The position numbers and the translations under genes were made by a program. Below are positions 1 through 11,700 of a DNA stretch of 64,000 nt, piece after piece. This DNA comes from Klebsormidium nitens (lineage: Eukaryota; Plantae; Klebsormidiophyceae). The notes beneath the pieces are model-generated. The model was not told the DNA's origin. It searched no databases and saw only the letters and a list, made by a program, of their open reading frames with translations. How positions within the stretch are numbered: position 1 is the first letter of the stretch; each line of letters starts with the position of its first letter. Where the stretch lies: contig DF237073.1 in the NCBI GenBank assembly GCA_000708835.1, forward strand, positions 1 through 64,000, in the 5' to 3' direction.

Positions 1-689
1 ACTTTCGGCCACTGGTTAAGACTTCCGTGTTGATATAGCACCAGCCCATTGCGCTGGATGCTCATGTCAATGAGCTCAGTAGTCTAAAGAAGTGGCCTTC
101 GTCACCCCCATTTGAGGGGTCCCATGACACTGAGGTGCGTTGATGAGCTTCTCTGCCACTGTCAAATTCCTGAGCCTCGTCTTGGCGCCATTCATCAAGA
201 TTCAAGGCGTTCTGCTGCATGGGCCGGCACACTCAAGTCTCAGGTGCTTGAACTTGAAGCAGAGCTCTGTGGACCATATCCTCTCATACTGTGCCACAAA
301 TTGGTTACAACTTATTGACTCAAATGCAGAGGCTCGACGCTCTGGGCTCCCTCTGGGCTACGGTAATATGCCCTTGAAGATGGATACTCTTACCCTGCCT
401 ACCTATCATTGGCATCAGCATACCGTATCCAGGACGCCAGTCATGAGGGTCTTGACTCTTGTGGCAAACAATCTCGAAAGTACACCTTGTAAATGGTGCT
501 GCTACCGTATGTGAGTATAGGTAGGTGGGATATCAATGCAGAAACACTGTATAAGAAGGATGTATACGACGTGCACGGCCTTGCAGCACCTATCCGCTGT
601 CCGGTATCGGTGCTTTAATATATATGTCATATTTTGGCGCGACCTGACGAGCTGAACCAAGAATGAGGGAGGAATCCATCTGACATTGA

Positions 690-1021
690 TAGGGCGGTCA
701 CATATAAACATTTTCGGGGTGCACCGTCCCTCAGGGACCGAATTCTTGTCCCTCAGGGACCGAAAACCGGTGATTTCGTCCCCCAGAATTTCAACTCGAT
801 ATTCTGGGGGACGGTACGCCCCTCAGGGACGCCGGTAAAAATTTTAAGGGACGGTCGGCGGTCACTCCTCGGACAGTATGCCGCGCCGGAGAATTCGGGA
901 AGCTTTAGCTTTTCGCGCAAAGTGTCCCTGAGGGAAATATGACCAAAGCAGATTCTCGGGGAGCATGCGCTCCCTCGGGGAACACTCGCCACTTCCCGAG
1001 AACTCATATGTGACCGCCCTA
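690..1021. mobile_element. MITE-like non-autonomous DNA transposon, 332 bp, with perfect 16-bp terminal inverted repeats
   Basis: tagggcggtcacatat at 690-705 is the exact reverse complement of atatgtgaccgcccta at 1006-1021. The interior has repeated ccctcaggg/ccctgaggg motifs and a 13-bp-stem hairpin (777-813). No credible ORF. Confidence 0.8.
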
Positions 1022-1710
1022 TGAGACTCAGAGACGAGCCGTGTTGACTCTGCTCGGAGCTGGGCAGTGGGTAGACAGGCGCATGGACACAGCGCAAGTT
1101 CACTTCCAACATCAAGGTCCACAATTCAGCAGCTGAAGGGCTCACACAAGGAATTCTAGGATTGCATTGGAAGTGAGCAGACGGTGTGAAAACGCGAGGG
1201 CGAGGTATGCGTTTCATACAACATATAGTGAAGATATCGTAGTTGAAGTTTTACTGACAAGCTTTTGCCGTCGCTTCTAAGAGAAGTCGTCCATTAGCCT
1301 TCTTCGATTGCAAGAATCTTGCTTAGTGACTGCTCAAACAAAAGGCTTAGCAAAGATGGAAAGGAAGCCTTCATGAAGCTGATTATCAGGTTGTAGCAAC
1401 GTATGTGTGGCCGATATAACATTACCCTGCGGAGATTTTCAAGACAGATGGAAGAATGCAAGAATTGAGGAAAGCGGAACGGATTACTTCAACCAGAGCT
1501 TGGTGCGATCCAATAAAGCAGAAAGCTGTGTGGAAGCGTGGTAATCTGTTGATCTGGTGATCTGACAATGGTTTATGTATGAGAAGCACAAGACTTATCC
1601 ATCCTAACTCTGCAGGTTGTGCACGGCCTTGGCTTTGAAGCTTTCAAGCATTGAGAAGAGGAGAACAACAAGACTAGACATGCAAAAAAGTAGCCGGTCG
1701 CTGCTTCGAA

Positions 1711-4700
1711 ATGTATGCTTACCCATTCCAACGAGAGGGCAATGTCAAAGAGGTGAGTAGATTCTTGTCGCACACATTTTTCGGGCGAGCATTTTGTCCA
1801 GGCCTCCTTCCCCTCTTTCGTTTCTTCGCCGAGCACGAGCACGATCCACAATTTAACCATTTGCTCTTGCCTGTGCAGCAGCTTCAGTCGATGCTGAACA
1901 CATCGGGGGGGGCCGGTCTTGATGTTGCAAATGCAGGGAGACCATTTGCTTCGCCTTATGCACCAGCACAGTCACAGGGTGCAAATTCAGGCCCCTTTCA
2001 TCATGGAGGTACGTGAAGTTATGGTGGCATGACCATGCGTACTTACGAAACCCTTAGACACAAGTATCTGGAGCAACATCTCATATGCTGCCGGTAGTAG
2101 CAGCATCTTTTAAGTAGTAGTCTTTTGATATGGAGAGTTTTGAGAGATTTCTTACTTCAAATTCCTTCTTTTCCAGGGAACTTGCCTTCTCTCCACAATA
2201 TCCAAGGGAGCTTCAATATGCAGAATATGCCGAGCGGACTGCCTTCTAGAAATCCAGGACTTCCATCTGCTGCTCAGCAGCAAGTGGGGGGCGGAATTGG
2301 GGGTCGTTTTGGGGGAGGGCAATTGCCTGGCACGTTACAACAGGTAAGCCTTGAAAAAATCTTTCGTGGCTGGTTAAGGCAGATTGAGAAAGGTCAGTTT
2401 ATGGTTGGGATTAAGGCGTGCTGCTTGTTGTGGAAACTAGTAGAAGTTAGCAAGCAATGATCGAGGCCCAACTTTCATTCCTTGTCAGGATGCTCTGATC
2501 AGGATTCAGTTCAGACCTTATCACAAACCGTTCCTTGACAGATTCCGCACACTGGGATGCACGGGCACAATGCGCTGGCTAGCAGGACGGGGCTTGGCAC
2601 GGGGGCGAATGCTTCGATGAACGGGTTAGGCAGAGGCCTGAATGTTGGGGCGCCGCAGTTAGGAGCCGGTTTAAACCGACTGGGTGCTCCTGGCAGTAGC
2701 GTATCTGGGGGAGCTCTCAATGTTGGGGCTAGCAACACGGTTGGGGGTGGTGTGGGGCTGAATCGAACAATAGCCAATGCGGGCCTCAATGCACCGGGTT
2801 TAACAGGAAGCAGAAGTGCTAGCAGCAGTGGCCCGAGTCTTCCGAGCGGAGCAGCAATCCAGGCGCCAGGTCGGCCAGCCGCCCCGGGGACCTCTGTGCT
2901 GCAACAGAACGCTCCGTCCTCCTCGTTCAATTCATCGGACAGTCTTCTCGCAATGATCAACCGAGGTACGCTCTGGATGTCCTTGGTTGACTGAGACGCT
3001 TTTGGCTTCTGTGGCCAGACAAAATTTTGGGTGAGATGCTTTTGCCTTCCGCGATACACGAGGACTTGGGCTTCGTTAGTTAGACCGTGAAAGGTGCAGG
3101 CATGTGAACTTCTGAGAACACTTCTCAACAGATCACAGTCAGGCTTTTTCCCTGTGCTAACACCTGATTCGCCTCGCAGGTATGCAAAGTCAAGCTCCAT
3201 CTGCAAACGGGCAGCTAAGCAATCTGGCAAAGGAGGAAAGGGGCGGGGAAAGTATTGCTTTTGACTTGGATGACTTCCCGTCCCTGAGCACGCGACCAAC
3301 TTCAGGCGGGTCTGGAGCTCTGCAGGGTGTGGCAGGTAGGCTGAACATGCCTAGTTCCTGAAAAGCTTCTGGAAATTGTGAGCCTCAAGGTTGCCATAGG
3401 CTGACAAAAGGATATATCAACGTCACTGTTGCCGTCAGTTGATGCTTATGAAAGCACTGCATGCTAGACTCGGTGTTCCATCAAAATGAACTGCGGTCTG
3501 CTGATACCACTTTCTTACTGCTTCTGAGACTGAGCCTTGTGTATGCCAGGCGCTCTACGAAAGGCTGCTGCGGCCAATGTAATACAGCAGCACCAGGAGT
3601 TCAGTATACAAAATGAAGACTTTCCTGCACTCCCAGGATTCAAAGGTGAGTCTTTTCTTGAAAAGGAACAAATGTGGTGCATTTGGTCGTGCCCTTGCAT
3701 GGGACACGAGAGCAAAGTCTCACCTTTCACCTTTTTTGTTGGGAAAGCTGCTCGTAAGTCGAGCCTTCGAGAGGAGTCAAGAGGTCTCTTACTGCCTATT
3801 TTGTGCACTAGTCAAGCAGGCGGCAGGCTTCACTGCATTCTTGATCTTTTGCAGCTGGAGGCGAGATTGGAAGTGAGCTGCACCATAAAGAACATCAGCA
3901 TGACAACCTCGTGCAGAATCAACATTTTGGGGTAGGTTCTCTTCCAAGCGAGTCTTGCCTGTCGACCCTGAGCACAGTTGGACTGCAGAGTTGCGTACGC
4001 TTCACCTCTTCCGCCATTCTTTCGGACTGTTCCTGACTGAAAGGTAAGAAATGCCAGGTTCTGGTAGGTCATAGGATTGGTTGGAATCGGTTTTGATTCT
4101 GTTTCTTCTGACATACAGCTGGGGAGGTCCGGAGGCTTTCCGCTCGGGACAAGCTACCTGCACCAACAGCAGCAACAACAGGTGAGACAACCTCGCAAGC
4201 CTGTACATGCTCCGCGATGAGATTCCCTTGACCCGGAGCTTCTGCTATGAAAGTTGGCGCCGACGAGAGCGCTGATCAGTCGAGAAAGGGCACCTTCTGC
4301 TTGTTCCGCAGCACTCTGAGTTTTCTTGCGCTGTTCTTGTCTCTTTCAGGGGGGAGGCTTAGGCGGAGTTTCAAGACCTGGAGGAGCAGGGTTGTCACAG
4401 TACGATCAATTAGTCTCTCAGCATCATTTCCAGCAACAGCAAGCGCAGCTCAGGTCGGGTTTGAACCAGGAGGGAAGCGCGAAGGACGGGGGTCAGAAGT
4501 CCATACAGGGTTCCTCGGATCGATTTGGACTTCTAGGGCTCCTTAGTGTGATAAGGATGAGTGATCCGGACCTGACGACGCTGGCACTGGGAACGGACTT
4601 GACGACGCTGGGGCTGAACCTCAACTCGCGGGAGAACCTGTACAAGACCTTCGCTTCTCCTTGGGCCGATGGCCCAGTGCGGGGCGAGCCGGAGTTCACG

Positions 4701-6333
4701 CTGCCGGCTTGCTACGTGCAACCAGCACCACGATTGCAGGCAAGTTTTTTTCCATGAATCGTTCGCTGACCCATACATCGACCAGCAGTCTCCCCTAACC
4801 AATCTACACGAGGATGATCACCGGGCATCCTTTTTTTAGAGGACGGACTTAGTTCGTCGCAAAGTCGCCAGAGAGCTGTCAGTCTACAGGCAGACTTTGA
4901 AAGCCTGATCAGCTTTTGAGTAACCTTACCTGCAACTGTGGTTTGTATTACAGGCCATTGTTGACCCCGATGCACCTTTCGTATATGGGTTTTGCATGAG
5001 CGTTTTCAGAATGCAAGATGAAGACGGGGCCGTAGCTTCGGGATCGTCGGCTAATTCTGACCTGTGACACCTTTGATACTCGTTGTTGATGGTTCCGTTT
5101 CTGTGTGCAGCCGGGCTACTTCTCCAAGTTTCAGCAAGACACGCTATTCTACATATTCTATAGGTGGGTTGGTGCCTTCCTTATCTAGTTTCTGCCGTTA
5201 TCGAAGAAGTCAGGAATGTGTCAGCCTCTTTCGTTGGCACCGTCGGCCATCCACTCAGGACAATCGCTCAGGCCGTTACACTACACGTGAGCTCGGATTC
5301 GCCGCCATCGCCCAATTCAGAACCTGTCTCGAGCGTCGTCAACTTGAGCCAGCAGGCACTGGGTTCAAAATCGTCAGAGTCGCGTCTCAGTAAACGACAC
5401 CCTTGGCTGCCAGGACAAGCCAGTAACCCATGGTTGGATGGCACTTGTATATGGTGAACCAAGATAAGTCGAAGCAAGACAGCTCAGTTGCAAGCTCTTT
5501 GATCTGTTTGCAGCATGCCGCACGACGAAGCCCAACTATACGCTGCCGACGAACTGTGAGTACACGCGTTCGCTTCTGCATGTATATTTGTGATTATAGA
5601 TGTTCTGACTGGATTCTGCAAATCATCTTTTTCCTTGGCTGTTACTCGGCTGAGTACGTCAGGGCTTCTTTGGCCTGTCTGTCCGGGATCAAGCGCACTA
5701 TGTGAATCAAAAAGATACCATTAGGCGACAGCGAAAGGGCTTCTGCTTTCGGTCCAAACGGACTGTCTGCAGAAATTTACCAAGCTTTTGAGGATTTGGA
5801 GGTATGTGCGCATGCTTGCTACCTGTGTTCCGCGCAACACTTCATCGATCGAGTTTCCCTGCTTTGTCTGCGCTAATCTGGTCCCGTCCTTACTTTTTTC
5901 CAGATCGAATCGAGGCTGGTGGTTTCACAAGGACCTGCAAATGTGGCTCATGCGAGTACCGAACACCGAGACGGTTGTGAAAACGAGCACGTTTGAGAGG
6001 GGTTCGTACTACTTCTTCGATCCAACCGTATGGGAAACAACTCGAAAGGTATGCGCCCTTTCTGGCTCCTCTACTTGTAATGATGCCCTGATTTGCAAGA
6101 CGGTTATGCGGAGACGGTTCTGGCTTGTCACCAGCCTGTAGCTCTTTGTGAAATAATGTCACTAGAGGTGGCTTGTACTCAATTGACTAGCATTTGTGCT
6201 TGGCATCAGGCAAGCGCTCCCTTGCATTGCTTCCTTCGGTTCCTCACTCGACTTCCATCTTTGGGTACAGGAAAACTTCGTGCTCCAGTACGAATTGCTG
6301 GAGGCAAGGCCGCAATTACCTGCTCAACGATAG
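1711..6333 (+). CDS. NOT2: CCR4-NOT complex subunit NOT2 (VIP2-like)
   Basis: Approximate exons: 1711-1752, 1879-2008, 2177-2343, 2542-2965, 3180-3335, 3550-3645, 3855-3931, 4119-4181, 4350-4739, 5111-5163, 5514-5555, 5904-6048, 6271-6333. Motifs: QEFSIQNEDFPALPGFK; DRFGLLGLLSVIRMSDPDLTTLALGTDLTTLGLNLNS; NOT-box FSKFQQDTLFYIFYSMPHDEAQLYAADELSNRGWWFHK...ERGSYYFFDPTVWETTRKENFVLQYELLE. An apparent +1 frameshift occurs near 3240-3250. The start codon is uncertain. Confidence 0.95.
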
Positions 6334-8726
6334 TTGTCTGCAGAAACACTCTTGTGCTGTGCCTTCTGCAAGCTGTAAAAAGAGCCTAATGTTCCTTGGT
6401 CGATCCCGTGCCTGATGATCTGGCTCTGCGCTTACATTTGCTGTCATTTGTGACGGTGTGCCAGAGCTGTGTAAAATGACGTCCGCGTTTGTCCGATCAG
6501 GAATTCTACTTCGCAATGTCGATCATGTTAGTTCGCGGGCAGCACTAACTGTACCACATATGCATGACGTGCGCGCCTATACGTCGTGTGAGTGATCTTG
6601 CAGTTTGGAGTGCCCCCTTTGTTAAGATAGGCGCATGGAGATGAGCACGTCGCTGGCAAACAACTTAAGTATTCTGAAGAGGACTTCGCATATACCATTG
6701 ATATGTCTGGCCCCAGGATGGTATGTATATTAAAGTATGCTCATGCAACGAATACTTGAGCACGATTGCAATGCCTCATGTGCATGTAGCCGATCTTGGT
6801 GCCGCGGCCGCGCGCCATATACGCACTGGCGCTTTGCATATAATATGCATGCCCGGGCGCGTCCGACCGGGTCCAATCATGTTCTCGTCACATTTGGAAT
6901 ATTGCACTTACTGTGAGGTGCATCCAATCCGCCCGCGCTTCAGCCTGACGGTGCATATATAAGCTGCTCGAAATAAGTCTTGGTTTGGAAACCTAGATCT
7001 ACGCACATGCAGCTGGCATGTGTGCATATGTGCATCCAGTCTTTTATTATACGAGGTGACTGCCACGAAAAGTGCAGAAGTATAGCCTGACTGAACCGTA
7101 CACCGGGCAGTAGGGTCTGCCAGCAGTCATCTCGTCATTCCCGTCCAATGCAACGTCAGCAATTGACGAGTAAACCATCGCGAAAGCCGCATGGTCGGCC
7201 GGCCGGCATTTCATAACGTTCCAAGCATGCTACAGCAACGTCAGAGGTCCGCCTCACAATACAATGCACAATCCGCAGAAAAGACGGTTCGTAGTCAATG
7301 ATCCGCGCGACTTGTGGTGAGAAAGTGACGATAGTCCGGCTTCTAGCTCACTGCTGAGTTTCGGCAACATGCAACTACGATAGCAGCTGTCTACAGACTA
7401 AAGCGTGGCTGCTTGCGATTATTATGCAGGAACCAGGTTAAGGCAAAACCTCCTGGTGTCCTGAATTATACTCTACTGTAGATCTACCGCTGTATCACCG
7501 CCCAGTTCCAGATTCAAAAGCGGGGCTTCATATGCACCGAAGCATCGGAAACCAGTAAGAGGTTCGTCCGCGGCCAGAAGCGAGGACGGCATCCTCTCTG
7601 TTTGCATCTAACTTCGAGAGTCTGGAACAGCCATTGTATTAGGCTCGCAGTCAACCTGTGAACCAAGGCAGCACTTCATCCTCAGCGGCGAAAGGGATCC
7701 GCCTCATCTCTTAAGCTTGACAACAAGTCACGTACACGGCAATCATGTCAGAGTTTTCCTGGATGATACACTTGGTAGATGTCTTTCCCCTGTACTGCTG
7801 GATATCTTCGGACGTAAGGATAGAATAACGGCAAGCCTTTGATATACAAGTCCAATATTGGAAGTCACGCCCTCGAATCTATGATTTCGTCTGTCAGCGG
7901 AACTCCCTCGTAGTATCTCTGGCAGCGGCTCCAACGTTGGCCGCAACTTTCGAGGTCGCTTGCAAGAAGCTGGAAGCAGTTAGTGAGTCAAGTGTCCAAG
8001 CTTGATCCCTCTGCAGGAACTCAACGGTCTATCTTAAAAACGATCTGAGGTTCCTGAACGATGTTGTACGTCAAAAGATTGGACATCCTCGCCAACGAAG
8101 TCCTAGCTGCTCTGAACAGGAATGGATTGGCCTGCCTGAATCGCTCAAGAATCATGGCTGCTGTCTTCTTCTCACTGCATCCGACGAGCTTCCAACGTGC
8201 GATAAACGGCTCCTGAAATCATACTGGAGGTATGCAACAAAGCTCAGCATTTCAATTTTGTTGAAACGGAGCTCTCTGCAGCTTTGAGGGCTTTTGCATG
8301 CCTCTGACTGGTCGAAGTTTTGTAGACGCGTTGCCGTTTGCTCCACCTGGCGTGAATCTTTCCTGTCAAGAACGACATTGTTTGATAAGCAGGAGATGAT
8401 GACACACTTTCTGAGCCAAACTTTTGCCTGCATTGCTTGCTCAATCTCTCTTCAACGCACAAAGTGGACGAAGTGCAAGCGTGTCTGGCTGACTGACAGA
8501 AGATGAAGCGCTGGATTTCCTCTTTCAAGAGAGGGGGAATCGACCTAGAGACTCAGAAGAAGCATGTTAGTCAAAGCAACTTGCATAGGCACCTCAACAT
8601 GAGGCTGCTCTTGGCCCTCACGATTGGCAACAGGTCCTCGAGGTAAACTATTTTAGAGCGCCCTCCATCTTGTGACAAAAGCTTTTTTCAAGAGCAAACG
8701 AGGGCGCTACTTTGGTCTTTCTCAAG

Positions 8727-11700
8727 ATGCTGCCGACTCCTTCCGACAAGCCTGGCTCCCAAACTGACGAGACTCATGATGCTGCAACAGTGGCTTCTAT
8801 TATCGACGCTTACTACGGGCCCCATGCAAGGTCGGAGGATGCGAGAACCCTGAACTTCCTGAATGATCAAGGTAGGACCTGCGCTCACTGCATTTCAACA
8901 ATTGAAAATGAATGCCTAACCTCTACTGGAATTGAGGTTTCTGTGACTGGCATTTTTGCAGCAGATTTGCTTCCCCCAAACAGAGTAGGATAGCTTAAAG
9001 CAGCGGATGGTGCAAAAGTTTACTCTTTTGTTCACGATATGGTAGCCAGACTGTCTCTGAAGGGCCACCTTTTACATTCATTAGAATATTCATGGCGGGG
9101 AGTGACGTGCTTGCGCGTGATTCCAAAGAAAAGCCAAAGCTTCATAAAGGTAGCAGCTCCTGTGACTCGAGCGAGTCTTCATCTTGCAGCAACATAGCGA
9201 GCCTTCCTCACCGGCATTCCGTTGAGTCCCAATCAGCCTTTGTATCAGAATTCCCTTCATCTCCAAAGACCGCTGCAGTGCTTCCCTCTACTTCCGTGCT
9301 TGCTAGTACAGGCCCTGATGGACGTCGGCCCAACACGGATGCGTCTCACCCCGGCAGCTCCGGCCCTGCATCCACTCCTCCCACGGCCGGGAGCAGCGAC
9401 CTTACCCAGCAGGGGTCCTTTCTCCACCGGGAGAAGGGCCCAATCTCGCCTGCTGTTGCCGTTAGGAGTTCTCCCGGAGAGGAAGAGGGTATTACCAAGA
9501 AGAATGAGTCCCTCAAAGCTGCGGTTGGGGGTATTCACAGTCCCTTGGCTCGTGGCTCTGCGGCTTTTGAAGGAGGGCCTGGTTCTGGGGAGGTGGCGGG
9601 CGAGGTGCGAGAGCAGGCAGCTCTTCGAAGCCTCCTGGCAGAGTTCCAAGGCTCTCCGGCAGACCTTCTCGCCCTTATGCAAAGAGACGAGGAAGCAGAA
9701 GAAGCCGAAATTGAGGAAGGGGGTTCGGGACTGAGGAGGGTAACCTCAAGTGGAAGCGGAGGAGCGGCTCGGATGTTTGATGTGGAGCCATTATTCAGCG
9801 GTGGAATGATGGAAGCTCTCTTGGGAAGAATGGAGGAGCAGAGGGCTGACGAGGACGTTTCCTCGCCTGCAAAGAAGATGATTCTCAGGAACAGCAGCCT
9901 TCAAGTTGGAAAGTGAGTGCAACTTCTTTACCACCACTTTGACACCCTTCAACTTCGCCTGAATTGAATCTTGAGCTGGATTTATTGGTAGGAAACATCC
10001 AAAAAGTATTTTCTCGTCAGTGAGGTTTATGTATCTCTTTTTCCGTCAGAGACGAACCAACGGAGCAAAAGAAAGCCATTGATAACGTTTGAAAGTGGTG
10101 GTAAGCGGTGTTTGGTTCCAACGGCTTTCTCAGGTTTCATGTTAAACTCTGAGTTGACAACAGTAATTCTTTGTCTTATTTGGTATTATTGCCATGCGAG
10201 GACATTCGATCACTGGCAGGAGTGAAGACCTGCTCGTGTTCTTGTCGTCGCGAAAAACGCTCTGATTAGGCAATCCCCATCTGCAGGGTCCTGTCCCCCG
10301 GATCGGAAGGACAAAGCAGGATCTCCCATGATGACCCTATGAAGACTTTGAGCACGACGCCTTTCCCTCTTCGACGAAGCGAAGAGAAGCCGCCAAATGA
10401 GAAGGGCGGCATCGAGCAGCAGCTCGTCACGGAAGAGCCGGCGCAGAGAGGTTCGCAGTTCTGCAAGGCACTCTTGTCCTTTCAGTATCTTCATCTTGAT
10501 GAGTTGGACTACTGTTTCGCAAGCCCAGTATTTCAGACCTTTCCAAGCTTTGAGTAAACATCACCTGCAGGTTTTTTAACCTACTGTTTCTTCGTGCTTC
10601 TCGAGTTGATCTTCCGTTTGCATTTTCTTCTTTTACCCTTGAACTGCATGTGCAGATCCTGTCGTGGCTGACACGATATCTCTCAGCGGCGGGACGAAGA
10701 GGAGGCGTCTCAGCGAGCGCAAGAGGCCAGAGAACAGCACGAGCAGGTTTCGGGGCGTCACACACCACATCAGAACGGGGCGCTGGGAGAGCCACATCTG
10801 GAGAGTGCACCCCTGATCCCATCCTTCTGTGCATTTAGCGTGCTGTACCTTTGCAGCAAGTGAGACCAGGTTTATTGCTGAGAATCAAATAATCATTTGT
10901 GTCAGACCCTAGATGGTATCCGATGCTCAAAGTCCTACTTGTACCATGGAAGAAGAAGCCAAGCTCTGAAAAGCCTTCTTGATGCAGGGAGAACGGCAAG
11001 CAGCTGTATCTTGGAGGCTTTGATTCTGGTAAGTGACCGTCTGCAAGTTCGCTGCAACTTTGTCTTTCTACATTTGAGTCTACATTTGAGTCACATCCTC
11101 TCTGGCATGAAGTAAATTGTCAAGTCTTCCGAAGTTTCTCAAAAAAAAGAGAAGGGAGGCTGGGTCCGATGATGTTGGAACGGAGGACAAACAACTTTTA
11201 CACGCTGGATTGAGCCAATCGTATGCTGTTGCAGAGGAGCAGGCTGCCCTGGCCTACGACATAGCAGCTATCAAATGCAGGTGAGTCAACTGAGCGCGTC
11301 TTCCGTATCATAGAGATCAGTGAAAAGAGTCATGTTATTGGATTGTTCGCCCTCGACACCTGATCGGTAGCTTTGAACGTCTTAGCTGTTTGCATCTTTT
11401 GAGTCTCATTCGATCTTTGTCTTTCTTTCAGAGGCGCGAGCGCACAGACAAACCTTGCGCTAGAAAACTACCGGGCTCACTTCGACGATATATGTAAGTC
11501 GGATGCTGACTCCGTTCTCGAGTTCGCACACGTCGAAAGCTGTTCAGACATCACAGACATGTTCTGCATCAGCAAATTGTGTTTAATCGGAGCCTAAAGG
11601 ATGACTGCTGCTCAGTGCTGTATGATCCACCCGCAAGAGTATCCAAGGGTATTCATTTGGTGTTTTTATCCTGCAGCTGCGGTGTCGAAGGATGAGCTTG

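Noticed and set aside
112-514. Short ORFs at the window start
   Set aside because: In-frame stops lie upstream, there is no recognisable homology and no consistent splice structure.
2511-3299. 262-aa minus-strand ORF
   Set aside because: It is an antisense shadow of GC-rich NOT2 exons.
6500-8500. TGCA/CATG-rich intergenic DNA and short ORFs
   Set aside because: Possibly decayed repeats or gene remnants, but no termini, repeat unit or homology could be supported.
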